Assembly (NCBI GenBank): GCA_028820995.1
Contig: JAPPHR010000013.1
Location: 1-54,136 of the forward strand
Direction: 5' to 3'
Source: Rhodospirillales bacterium
GTDB taxonomy: Bacteria > Pseudomonadota > Alphaproteobacteria > UBA828
DNA length: 54,136 nucleotides
The translations under genes were made by a program, and so were the position numbers. A model generated the notes under the pieces. It saw nothing but the letters and a program-made list of their open reading frames with translations, did not search any database and was not told the DNA's origin. The first letter of the stretch is position 1, and each line of letters opens with the position of its first letter. Positions 9,059-16,948 of this stretch are shown here, piece after piece.

Positions 9059-9814
9059 ATGAAGCTGGAAGGGAAAGTCGCGATCGTCACCGGCTCATCG
9101 CGCGGGATCGGCGCTTGCATCGCGCGGCGCTACGGGCGGGAGGGCGCCGCCGTCGCGGTGGTCGCGCGCGCGAAGCGGGACCGCGCCGACGCGGTGGTCA
9201 GCGAGATCGAGGCCGCCGGCGGCAAGGCGGCGGCGTTCATGGCCGATATCGGCGTTGTCGCGGAGTGCGAGCGCCTTGCGCAGGAGGTCATCGATGCCTT
9301 CGGCACGGTGGACATCCTGGTGAACAACGCCGGCATCTTCACGCCGCTGCCCATCGAGGAGGTCACCGAGGAGAACTGGGACGCCCAGCACGCCCTCAAT
9401 CTCAAGGGTGCGTTCTTCCTCACCAAGGCCGTCGTGCCCACCATGAAGGCCAGGGGCACCGGCAAGGTCGTCAACATCTCCTCCATCGCAGGCTGCGGCG
9501 GGTTCCCTAACTCCAGCGCCTACTGCGCGACCAAGGGCGGCCTCACCAACATGACCAAGGCGCTCTGCCTGGAGCTCGCGGGGGACGGCATCAACGTCAA
9601 CGCGCTCTCGCCCGGCAACATCCAGACGGACATGAACGCCGCCTTCCGCGCGGACGAGGCATACGACGCGCGCCAGGCAGAGCTGACGCCGGCCGGAATC
9701 GGCCACATGGACCCGGATCAACTCACCGGCGCCGCGGTCTTCCTCGCCAGCGCCGATTCGGACTCGGTCCACGGCGTGGACCTTCTGGTGGACAACGGCT
9801 GGGCCGCCTGGTAG
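9059..9814 (+). CDS. SDR-family oxidoreductase (FabG-like)
   Basis: VAIVTGSSRGIG cofactor motif, NNAG, and SSAYCATKGG (the YxxxK catalytic motif). Confidence 0.9.
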   Translation: MKLEGKVAIVTGSSRGIGACIARRYGREGAAVAVVARAKRDRADAVVSEIEAAGGKAAAFMADIGVVAECERLAQEVIDAFGTVDILVNNAGIFTPLPIEEVTEENWDAQHALNLKGAFFLTKAVVPTMKARGTGKVVNISSIAGCGGFPNSSAYCATKGGLTNMTKALCLELAGDGINVNALSPGNIQTDMNAAFRADEAYDARQAELTPAGIGHMDPDQLTGAAVFLASADSDSVHGVDLLVDNGWAAW

Positions 9815-9836
9815 CGCCCGCCTTCAGGGGACCTCC

Positions 9837-10631
9837 ATGAGCGACATTCTCTACGAGGCGCACGGCCACGTGCGCCTGATCACCATCGACCGCGCCGCGA
9901 AGATGAACTCCCTCGACTTCGCGGCCAACGACAGGCTGATCGAGCGCTGGCGCGAATTCGCGGCGGACGACGCGGCGCGGGTCGCGGTCATCACCGGCGC
10001 GGGCGACAAGGCGTTCTGTGCCGGCGCCGACCTCAAGACCTACACCATGAACTATGCCGGCCGCCCTGCGCCCGAGTTCCGCACCCGCTTTACCGACGGG
10101 CCGGGCTTCGGCGGCATCACCCGCGGGCTCGAGATCCACAAGCCCATCGTCGCGGCGGTCAACGGCTACGCGATTTCCGGCGGGCTGGAGCTCGCCGAAG
10201 CCTGCGACATCCGCTTCTGCTCGCCCAACGCCGAGTTCGCGCATCAGGACGTGAACTGGGGCTTCCACCCGTGCGATGGCGGCTGCGTGCGCCTGCCGCA
10301 GATCGTGGGCCTCGGCAACGCCATGGAGATCATCCTCTCCGGCCGGCGTGTCGACGCAGAGCACGCGCTCCGCATCGGCCTCGTGAACCGCATCGTGCCC
10401 GCCGCAGACCTCGTGGCGGAGACCATGGACTTCGCCCAGCTCGTGGCGAGCCGGGCGCCGCTCGCCCAGCGCTTCGCTAAGGACGTGATGCTGCGCTCCT
10501 TCGATCTGCCGCTGGCGGACGCGCTCCGCCTCGAGTCCCGCTCGTTCTACGATCTCGGCGGCACGGAGGACCTCAAGGAGGGCACCGACGCCTTCCGCGA
10601 GAAACGAGCGGCCAGCTTCAAGGGCAGATAG
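9837..10631 (+). CDS. Enoyl-CoA hydratase/isomerase (crotonase) family protein
   Basis: 264 aa with ITGAGDKAFCAGADLK and AAVNGYAISGGLELAEACD oxyanion-hole motifs. Confidence 0.9.
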   Translation: MSDILYEAHGHVRLITIDRAAKMNSLDFAANDRLIERWREFAADDAARVAVITGAGDKAFCAGADLKTYTMNYAGRPAPEFRTRFTDGPGFGGITRGLEIHKPIVAAVNGYAISGGLELAEACDIRFCSPNAEFAHQDVNWGFHPCDGGCVRLPQIVGLGNAMEIILSGRRVDAEHALRIGLVNRIVPAADLVAETMDFAQLVASRAPLAQRFAKDVMLRSFDLPLADALRLESRSFYDLGGTEDLKEGTDAFREKRAASFKGR

Positions 10632-10649
10632 GCCGGGCGCGCCGATGCG

Positions 10650-10772
10650 GTGCTCGCGATGGCGGACGTGATCCCGGACATGACGCTTTCGGAGATCGCC
10701 GCCCATCTGGAGAGGGAGCACGGCCTGCGGGTCTCGCAGAGCACTGTGTGGCGCTTCTTCCTCGGCCGTTGG
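10650..10772 (+). pseudogene. Relic of an IS630-family transposase (internal HTH segment only)
   Basis: IPDMTLSEIAAHLEREHGLRVSQSTVWRFF matches the conserved PDxTLxElxxxLxxxxGvxVSxxTvWRFl segment of IS630/Tc1-type transposases. There is no DDE domain and I found no terminal repeats. Confidence 0.45.
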
Positions 10773-10885
10773 CTCCAGTTATGCTGTGTCAAAGATCGTG
10801 CAGCCAAACGTGCTCAAGCGAGCCCCGGTGCGGGCGGTATGTTAGACATCCTCGGCGCGCCCAAGCGCTCGTTGGCCCTTTCCGG

Positions 10886-11878
10886 ATGGTGACGATGCTT
10901 CCCTGCATTCTCGTCTCCCACGACCCGCCGCCGGAGGCGCGCGCCGCCTACCGCCAGCAGCTCGACTCCCGATCCGAACTGGTTTTCAAACCCGATCTCT
11001 CGCCTGAGGGCTGGGTCGCCGCGCGGGCACAGGCGCGCGTGCTGATCGCCCTGAACCCCCGGATCGAGATCACGGCCGACGATGTCGCGGCGATGACGTC
11101 GCTCCGCTTCGTTCAGCTCCTGACCGCAGGCGTCGACCACGTGCCGCTGCATCTCTTCCCGCGCGACGTGCCCATCGCCTCGAACGCTGGCGCCTATGCC
11201 GGCCCGATGGCGGAGTTCGCGCTGGCCATCACGCTGGCTGCGGTCAAGCGCCTGCCGGTCGAGCACAGGGAGATGCGGGAAGGGCGGTTCAACCAGTTCG
11301 TCGACAACAAGACGCTCAAGGGAGCGGTATGCGCGATTCTCGGCTTCGGCGGCGCCGGGCGCGCTACAGCCCGGCTGTTCAGGGCGCTGGGTGCCGAGAT
11401 CCACGCCATCAACCGCAGCGGCGAGACCGATCAGGAGGTGGCGTTCGTCGGCACCCTGGCGGCGCTGGAAGATGTGCTCCGCCGCGCCGATGTCGTCGTC
11501 GTCTCGATGTCCCTGACCGGCGCGACGAAGGGGCTGATCGGCGCGCGCGAGCTCGGCTGGATGAAGGACGACGCGATCCTGCTCAATGTCGCGCGCGGCG
11601 AGATCGTCGACCAGGACGCGCTCTATCGCCACCTGGTCGAAAACCCGCGGTTCTTCGCGTGCCTTGAATCGTGGTGGATCGAGCCGGTGCGGCATGGCGT
11701 GTTCCGAATCGACCACCCGTTCCTCGACCTGCCCAATGTGATCGCCGCGCCGCATAATTCGGCGAGCGTGCCCGGCGCGCAGGTCGACGCGATGCGCCAG
11801 GGCGCGCGCAACGTCCGCCGATGGCTGGACGGCGAGCTCCCCCGGAACCTCTTGGGCGCGGACGAACGCGGCGCCTGA
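10886..11878 (+). CDS. D-isomer-specific 2-hydroxyacid dehydrogenase family protein
   Basis: ORF trimmed to ATG 10886 (MVTMLPCILVSH...). NAD fold ILGFGGAGRATARL, then NVARGEIVD and APHNSA typical of the family. Confidence 0.85.
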   Translation: MVTMLPCILVSHDPPPEARAAYRQQLDSRSELVFKPDLSPEGWVAARAQARVLIALNPRIEITADDVAAMTSLRFVQLLTAGVDHVPLHLFPRDVPIASNAGAYAGPMAEFALAITLAAVKRLPVEHREMREGRFNQFVDNKTLKGAVCAILGFGGAGRATARLFRALGAEIHAINRSGETDQEVAFVGTLAALEDVLRRADVVVVSMSLTGATKGLIGARELGWMKDDAILLNVARGEIVDQDALYRHLVENPRFFACLESWWIEPVRHGVFRIDHPFLDLPNVIAAPHNSASVPGAQVDAMRQGARNVRRWLDGELPRNLLGADERGA

Positions 11879-12118
11879 AGAGCCAGGCATCGGGTGGGCG
11901 CTCAAGTGTGGATCGTTGCTACGGAGTCAGGTCAAACGTCGCCATTGCCGCCCGCATGACGGCGAACGACAAGGCCAGCCGCACGCCGCTTGCCCGATGT
12001 CCCACGTCGCGCGGTGGGCGCGCGTGGGCACGCGTATTCGCGCGACGCGCTGCGCGCTGCTCCTACCCTGTGGGCCGGACAGCGCAGCGCAAACCAGGAC
12101 CCTGGTGAGAAGTTCGCT

Positions 12119-13840
12119 CTACTGGGCTGCGCCGCCGCCACGGATGAGTTGGCCCGGATGCGCACCCGTCGGTTCCCCGTCCCGCAGCGTGACGGCACCG
12201 TTGACGACCGTGGCGGCAAAGCCGTCCGCCTTTTGTACGAGCCTGCGGGCGCCACCGGGCAGGTCGCGTTGAACCGTGGGCAGGCGCGGCCGGACCGTCG
12301 TTTCGTCGAAGACCACGATGTCGGCTGTGAAGCCGGGGCGCAGCAGGCTCCGGTCGTGCATGTTCCATGCTGACGCATTGTCGAACGTCAGCATCCGTAC
12401 CGCTTCTTCCAGGGTAAACGCCTGCTTGGTGCGCACCCAGTAGCTCAGCAGGTGCGTCTGCAGCGATGAGCCCATCTCCTGGCACACGTGCGCGCCGGAG
12501 TCGGAAAAAGTGGCGAGAGTGCGGGGGCTCTTCAGCATCCGCCGAACCTCGTCCGGTGTCTCGTTCACCAGTGGCTGGACGAAGAGCAGGTCCTCGTTCT
12601 CCACCATCAGGTCGAGCATGACCTCGACAGGGTGCCGACCGGAGGTTTGCGCGAGATCCTGGATGCTGGGTTCGTCCCAGTTCACGTCGAACATCGGGAA
12701 CAGATTGGCGTAGTCGGGCTTCATCGGATTGGTCGTGGCAGCACCGCCGCCCTGGAACTCGGTGCTCCTCGGTTGCATCCGCGCTTCGGCCGCGACGAGG
12801 CGGGCGCGGATATCCGGGTCGCGGAAGCGGGCCTGCTGCTCGCAGGCGGAAAGGGCGCGGATGTCGCGCCAGGCCGGCAGGGCATCGAACGGCAGGTAGG
12901 ACTTGAGCGAGAAGATCGCGTTGATCGACCGCGTGGTGGCCTGGCCCAGCACCCGCCCTCCTTCGGCTGCGACCCGGTCCATCCACTCGAACTGATACTC
13001 CAGAGGATTGGGTCGATCGCCCTGGCGCGAAGCGAAGACTCCCAGCATCAGCGGCCGGCGGCTCGAAACGGCGATCCTGGTCAGCTCGTCCAGGCAGGCC
13101 CGCTGCGCCTCGCCGCCGGAGACGTCGGGCCCGACCTGAAAGATGCCGGCGTTCAGCGCGGCCATCGCGTCCACCAGATGCGCGATCTCCGCCCAGTTGG
13201 CGATGCGGCTCGCCACCGGGCCGCCGTCCGGGCGGATGTGGGTGGTGGCCCTGGACGTAGACAAGCCCACGGCGCCGGCGCGGAGCGCCTCCTGCACCAG
13301 GTCCGCCATGAGCTTGAGATCGTCCTCGCTGGCCTCCTCGTCCAGGGCGCGATCGCCCATCGCGTACATTCTGAGCGCCGAGTGGCCGATGTAGGCGGCG
13401 TAGTTGATGGCCTTGGGGAACGATTCGACGGCCGCGAGATACTCCGGGAACGTTTCCCAGCGCCAGTCGATTCCCGCTACCATGGCGTTCTTGGGGATGT
13501 CCTCCACGGCCTCCAGGCACTCCGCGAACCACTCTCTTGCCTCCGGCTTGCAGGGCGCCAGCGCGAACCCGCAATTGCCCATGACCACGCTGGTCACGCC
13601 GTGCCAGCAGGAGCACGTGCCTGCCGCATCCCACGCCACCTGCGCATCCATGTGGGTGTGGCCGTCGATGAAGCCGGGCGCGACGATCATGCCCTCGGCG
13701 TCGATCGTCTCGTCGGCGGGGCTGCGAATTCGGCCGATTTCCGCGATTCGGCCTTGGCTGACCCCGACATCCGCCCGGTAGCGGGGCATGCCGGAGCCGT
13801 CCACCAAGGTTCCGTTGCGGATCAGCAGATCGAACGTCAT
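12119..13840 (-). CDS. N-acyl-D-amino-acid deacylase (D-aminoacylase) family amidohydrolase
   Basis: 573 aa. MTFDLLIRNGTLVDGSG..., PGFIDGHTHMD (HxH metal site), VVMGNCGFALAPC (Cys metal ligand context). Confidence 0.9.
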   Translation of the reverse strand: MTFDLLIRNGTLVDGSGMPRYRADVGVSQGRIAEIGRIRSPADETIDAEGMIVAPGFIDGHTHMDAQVAWDAAGTCSCWHGVTSVVMGNCGFALAPCKPEAREWFAECLEAVEDIPKNAMVAGIDWRWETFPEYLAAVESFPKAINYAAYIGHSALRMYAMGDRALDEEASEDDLKLMADLVQEALRAGAVGLSTSRATTHIRPDGGPVASRIANWAEIAHLVDAMAALNAGIFQVGPDVSGGEAQRACLDELTRIAVSSRRPLMLGVFASRQGDRPNPLEYQFEWMDRVAAEGGRVLGQATTRSINAIFSLKSYLPFDALPAWRDIRALSACEQQARFRDPDIRARLVAAEARMQPRSTEFQGGGAATTNPMKPDYANLFPMFDVNWDEPSIQDLAQTSGRHPVEVMLDLMVENEDLLFVQPLVNETPDEVRRMLKSPRTLATFSDSGAHVCQEMGSSLQTHLLSYWVRTKQAFTLEEAVRMLTFDNASAWNMHDRSLLRPGFTADIVVFDETTVRPRLPTVQRDLPGGARRLVQKADGFAATVVNGAVTLRDGEPTGAHPGQLIRGGGAAQ

Positions 13841-13976
13841 CAGCCAATTCCCCGAGACGAAGTCAGCGATCGCCGCACGCTATCAGCCGAGAGGTTCGGC
13901 GACAACGCGCCGCCTTGCCCCGGGTCCGGCCCGCACCTATCGTGCGCGCCAAGCAGGACGAGGGGAGGGGGCCGGC

Positions 13977-14309
13977 GTGAGCGACGATCCGGGGCGCGGC
14001 TACCACGACATCGGTGGGCTGCCCGGCGGGCGCATCGAGCGGGCGGAGCACGCGCATGCGCTCTGGGAAATGCGGGTCGACGCCCTCATGGTGCTGCTCA
14101 CGCACCCGGAGCGGCGCGTCATCACCGTGGACGAGCTTCGCCGCGGCATCGAGCAGCTCGGTGCCGAGGCCTACGACGCCATGACCTACTACGAGCGCTG
14201 GATAGCCTCCGTTACCAACACCCTGCTGGGCAAGGGGGTCATCACGGCCGACGAGCTCGGCCGCCGCATGGCCGAGGTCGCGGCGCGCGACGGGGAGGGC
14301 GCCGGCTGA
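13977..14309 (+). CDS. Nitrile hydratase beta subunit, N-terminal half (separate polypeptide)
   Basis: GTG 13977 lies 6 nt after AGGGGAGGGG. GYHDIGGLPGG resembles the MDGIHDLGG start of NHase beta, followed by ...VDELRRGIEQLGAEAYDAMTYYERWIASVTNTLLGKGVIT. The start codon is the least certain part. Confidence 0.75.
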   Translation: MSDDPGRGYHDIGGLPGGRIERAEHAHALWEMRVDALMVLLTHPERRVITVDELRRGIEQLGAEAYDAMTYYERWIASVTNTLLGKGVITADELGRRMAEVAARDGEGAG

Positions 14310-14599
14310 TGGCCGCGCGCTTCGCCGTCGGCGACCGTGTGGCCGTGCGCCGCGCCTTCCCGCTCGGCCACATTCGCACGCCCTACTACGCGCGCGGGGC
14401 GGTGGGCGACGTAGAGCGCATCTGCGGCGCGTTCGGCAATCCCGAAGAGCTGGCCTTCGGCCGCCGCGACGGCCCCAAGCAGACTCTCTACCGGGTGCGC
14501 TTCGCCCAGACCGTCCTCTGGCCGGACTACGACGGACCGCCCGGCGATACCATCGACATCGAGCTCTACGAGCACTGGCTCGAGCCCGCGACGGAGTGA
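14309..14599 (+). CDS. Nitrile hydratase beta subunit, C-terminal (SH3-like) half (separate polypeptide)
   Basis: The ATG overlaps the preceding stop (TGATG), with GGGGAGGG 9 nt upstream. FAVGDRVAVRR..HIRTPYYARG..G..E...LYRVRF....LW......IDIELYEHWLEP matches the C-terminal beta-subunit fold pattern. Confidence 0.8.
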   Translation: MAARFAVGDRVAVRRAFPLGHIRTPYYARGAVGDVERICGAFGNPEELAFGRRDGPKQTLYRVRFAQTVLWPDYDGPPGDTIDIELYEHWLEPATE

Positions 14600-14602
14600 G
14601 CG

Positions 14603-15232
14603 ATGGCAACCGAGACCCACGACCACGCCCACGATCACCGGCCGCCGCCCGACGAGGACGGCCCGCTCACCTACTACCAGACCATGGAGATCGCCGTGCG
14701 CGAGCTCCTGATCGAGAAGGAGGTGTTCGGCGCCGACGACGTGCGCGCCGCGATCGAGACCATGGACGCCCGCAGCCCCGCGCGTGGCGCCGAGGTGGTG
14801 GCCCACGCCTGGACCGACCCGGCCTTCAAGGAGGCGCTGATGGCGGACGGCAGCGCGGCCTGCGCCAGCATGGGTATCGAGCTCGGGCCGCTGCGCCTCA
14901 TCGCCGTCGAGAACACGGAGACTGTGCACAACGTCATCGTCTGCACGCTCTGCTCCTGCTATCCGCGCAACCTGCTGGGAATCCCGCCCGACTGGTACAA
15001 GGCAAAGGCCTACCGCGCGCGGGTGGTGCGCGAGCCCCGCGCGGTCTTGCGCGAGTTCGGCACCGAGATCCCCGGCGACGTGGCCGTGCGGGTGCACGAT
15101 TCCACCGCCGACATGCGCTATATTGTCGTGCCCCGGCGGCCCGCCGGCACCGAGGGCTGGGAGCGCGAGCGCCTGGCCGCTCTCGTGACCCGCGATTGCA
15201 TGATCGGCGTGACGGTTCCGAAGACCCCCTGA
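14603..15232 (+). CDS. Nitrile hydratase alpha subunit, Co-type metal claw
   Basis: 209 aa with VCTLCSCYPRNLLGIPPDWYK (the CTLCSC claw; Thr and Tyr are the cobalt-type variants). Starts 4 nt after the preceding stop. N-terminus is His-rich (THDHAHDH). Confidence 0.9.
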   Translation: MATETHDHAHDHRPPPDEDGPLTYYQTMEIAVRELLIEKEVFGADDVRAAIETMDARSPARGAEVVAHAWTDPAFKEALMADGSAACASMGIELGPLRLIAVENTETVHNVIVCTLCSCYPRNLLGIPPDWYKAKAYRARVVREPRAVLREFGTEIPGDVAVRVHDSTADMRYIVVPRRPAGTEGWERERLAALVTRDCMIGVTVPKTP

Positions 15233-15271
15233 TGCCGGGCGGCCCTACGTTGAGAAGGATCGATCTGGACC

Positions 15272-16948
15272 ATGCATGATCTCGTGATTCGCGGCGCGAT
15301 GGTGGCCGATGGCGTCGGCAATCCGCTTATCCGCGCCGATGTTGCGGTCAAGGACGAGCACATCGCCGAGGTCGGCGACGTGACGGAGAGCGCGCGGGAG
15401 ACGGTGGACGCCGACGGCCTCGTTCTGGCGCCCGGCATCGTCGACGTGCACACCCACTACGACGCCCAGCTCACGTGGGACAGCCAGGCGACGCCGTCCC
15501 CCTCGCTCGGCGTCACCACGGTCGTCATGGGCAACTGCGGCTTCAGCATCGCGCCGTGCCCGCCCGACCGGCGCGAGCAGATGGCCCGCAACCTGGCCGA
15601 GGTCGAGGGCATGCCCGTCGCCGCGCTCGAAGCCGGCATCGACTGGAGCTTCGAGAGCTTCCCGGAGTATTTGGCGCTGCTCAGGCGCAAGGGGTGCTAT
15701 CTCAACGCCGGTGTCTTCGTCGGCCACTCGGCGGTACGCACCACGGTGCTTGGCGCCGAGGCCTCGGACCGGGCTGCGACCGGGGACGAGATCGCCACCA
15801 TGCGCGGGATCGTGACGGAGGCGGTGGAGGCCGGCGCCATCGGTTTCGCCACCTCCACGTCGATCAACCACTACGGCGACGGCGGTGTGCCGATGCCCTC
15901 CCGGCTCGCGGAAGACGACGAGATGCGTGCCCTGGTGGGCGTGCTGGGCGAGCTCGGCCGCGGCATCTTCCAGCTCACCGTCGGCCCCAGCATGACGAAC
16001 GAACGGTTGGAGGGACTGGCTGCCCAGACCGGCCGGCCGGTGTTCATGACGGCAGCACTCCACAACGAGACCTTCCCGGACCGTGCCATCGGCATGCTCG
16101 AGGGCGCCGCAGCCGCGCAAAGCCGCGGCAACGCGGTGTGGGCGCAGGTCTCGTGCCAGCCGCTCAGCATGGACTTCTCCATGCGGACCGCCTTCCCGCT
16201 CCAGAGCCTCGATGCCTGGGAGCCGCTGCACACCGCGTCGGACGATGAGTTCCTGGCGATCATCGGGAGCGAGGACTTCCGCAACCGCTTTCGCGACGAG
16301 CTGGAGAAGCCGCAGAGCGGCAAGATCTTCTACGGCGACTGGCGACGGGTCGAGGTGGCGATGGCGACGACGCCGGCGCACCGGGCGCTCGAAGGCGAGA
16401 CCATCGAGACCATTGCCGGGCGCGAAGGCCGCGACCCGGTGGACGTGATGTTCGACCTCGCCGTGGACGAGAGGCTTGGCACGACTTTCAACGCCGCCCT
16501 GCTCAATGCGGACGAGGCGGCGGTCGAGGGCCTGCTGCGCCACGACGCAGGCCTCATCAGCCTCTCCGATGCCGGCGCCCACCTCTGCTACCTCTGCGAT
16601 GCCGGCTACGGCCTGCACCTGCTCGGGCACTGGGTCCGCGACAAGGGCTTGTTCGATCTGGAGGACGGCATCCGCCGCATCACCAGCATGCCGGCGCAGC
16701 TCTACGGCATCCCTGATCGCGGCGAGATCGCCCCCGGAAAGTTCGCGGACCTGTTGCTCTTCGACCCGGCGACGGTCGGACGGGGTGCAATCAGACGTGT
16801 CGACGACCTGCCCGGTGGCGAAAGCCGCCTGGTGCGCGACGCCAGCGGTGTGCACGGCGTCTGGGTCAACGGCACGGGCATCTACGACGGAGACGGCTAC
16901 CGCGAGGTCCCGCCCCCCGGCCACGTGCTCGACCGCTTCGCGCGCTAG
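15272..16948 (+). CDS. N-acyl-D-amino-acid deacylase family amidohydrolase (second paralogue)
   Basis: 558 aa. MHDLVIRGAMVADGVG..., PGIVDVHTHYD, VVMGNCGFSIAPC. Starts 39 nt downstream of the NHase alpha stop on the same strand. Confidence 0.9.
   Translation: MHDLVIRGAMVADGVGNPLIRADVAVKDEHIAEVGDVTESARETVDADGLVLAPGIVDVHTHYDAQLTWDSQATPSPSLGVTTVVMGNCGFSIAPCPPDRREQMARNLAEVEGMPVAALEAGIDWSFESFPEYLALLRRKGCYLNAGVFVGHSAVRTTVLGAEASDRAATGDEIATMRGIVTEAVEAGAIGFATSTSINHYGDGGVPMPSRLAEDDEMRALVGVLGELGRGIFQLTVGPSMTNERLEGLAAQTGRPVFMTAALHNETFPDRAIGMLEGAAAAQSRGNAVWAQVSCQPLSMDFSMRTAFPLQSLDAWEPLHTASDDEFLAIIGSEDFRNRFRDELEKPQSGKIFYGDWRRVEVAMATTPAHRALEGETIETIAGREGRDPVDVMFDLAVDERLGTTFNAALLNADEAAVEGLLRHDAGLISLSDAGAHLCYLCDAGYGLHLLGHWVRDKGLFDLEDGIRRITSMPAQLYGIPDRGEIAPGKFADLLLFDPATVGRGAIRRVDDLPGGESRLVRDASGVHGVWVNGTGIYDGDGYREVPPPGHVLDRFAR

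Noticed and set aside
10748-10885. Upstream 46-codon extension of the 2-hydroxyacid dehydrogenase ORF
   Set aside because: The extension overlaps the IS630 relic region and has Cys/Arg/Ser-rich non-protein-like composition. Family members start close to the MVTMLPCILVSH position.
13977-14599. Interpreting the two beta-half ORFs as a frameshifted pseudogene of a single NHase beta gene
   Set aside because: The junction is a clean TGATG overlap with an SD-like GGGGAGGG 9 nt upstream of the second ATG. Both halves are intact and together make a full-length beta. The same architecture exists in ScnBAC and ToyJKL. A sequencing or strain-specific frameshift cannot be fully excluded without comparing relatives.
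13977-15232. Naming the enzyme thiocyanate hydrolase (scnBAC)
   Set aside because: Gene order matches, but the subunits here (110, 96 and 209 aa) are clearly shorter than I recall for ScnB, ScnA and ScnC. No P15K-like activator follows, and I cannot verify substrate-pocket residues by eye. It is kept as an NHase-family enzyme of unknown substrate.
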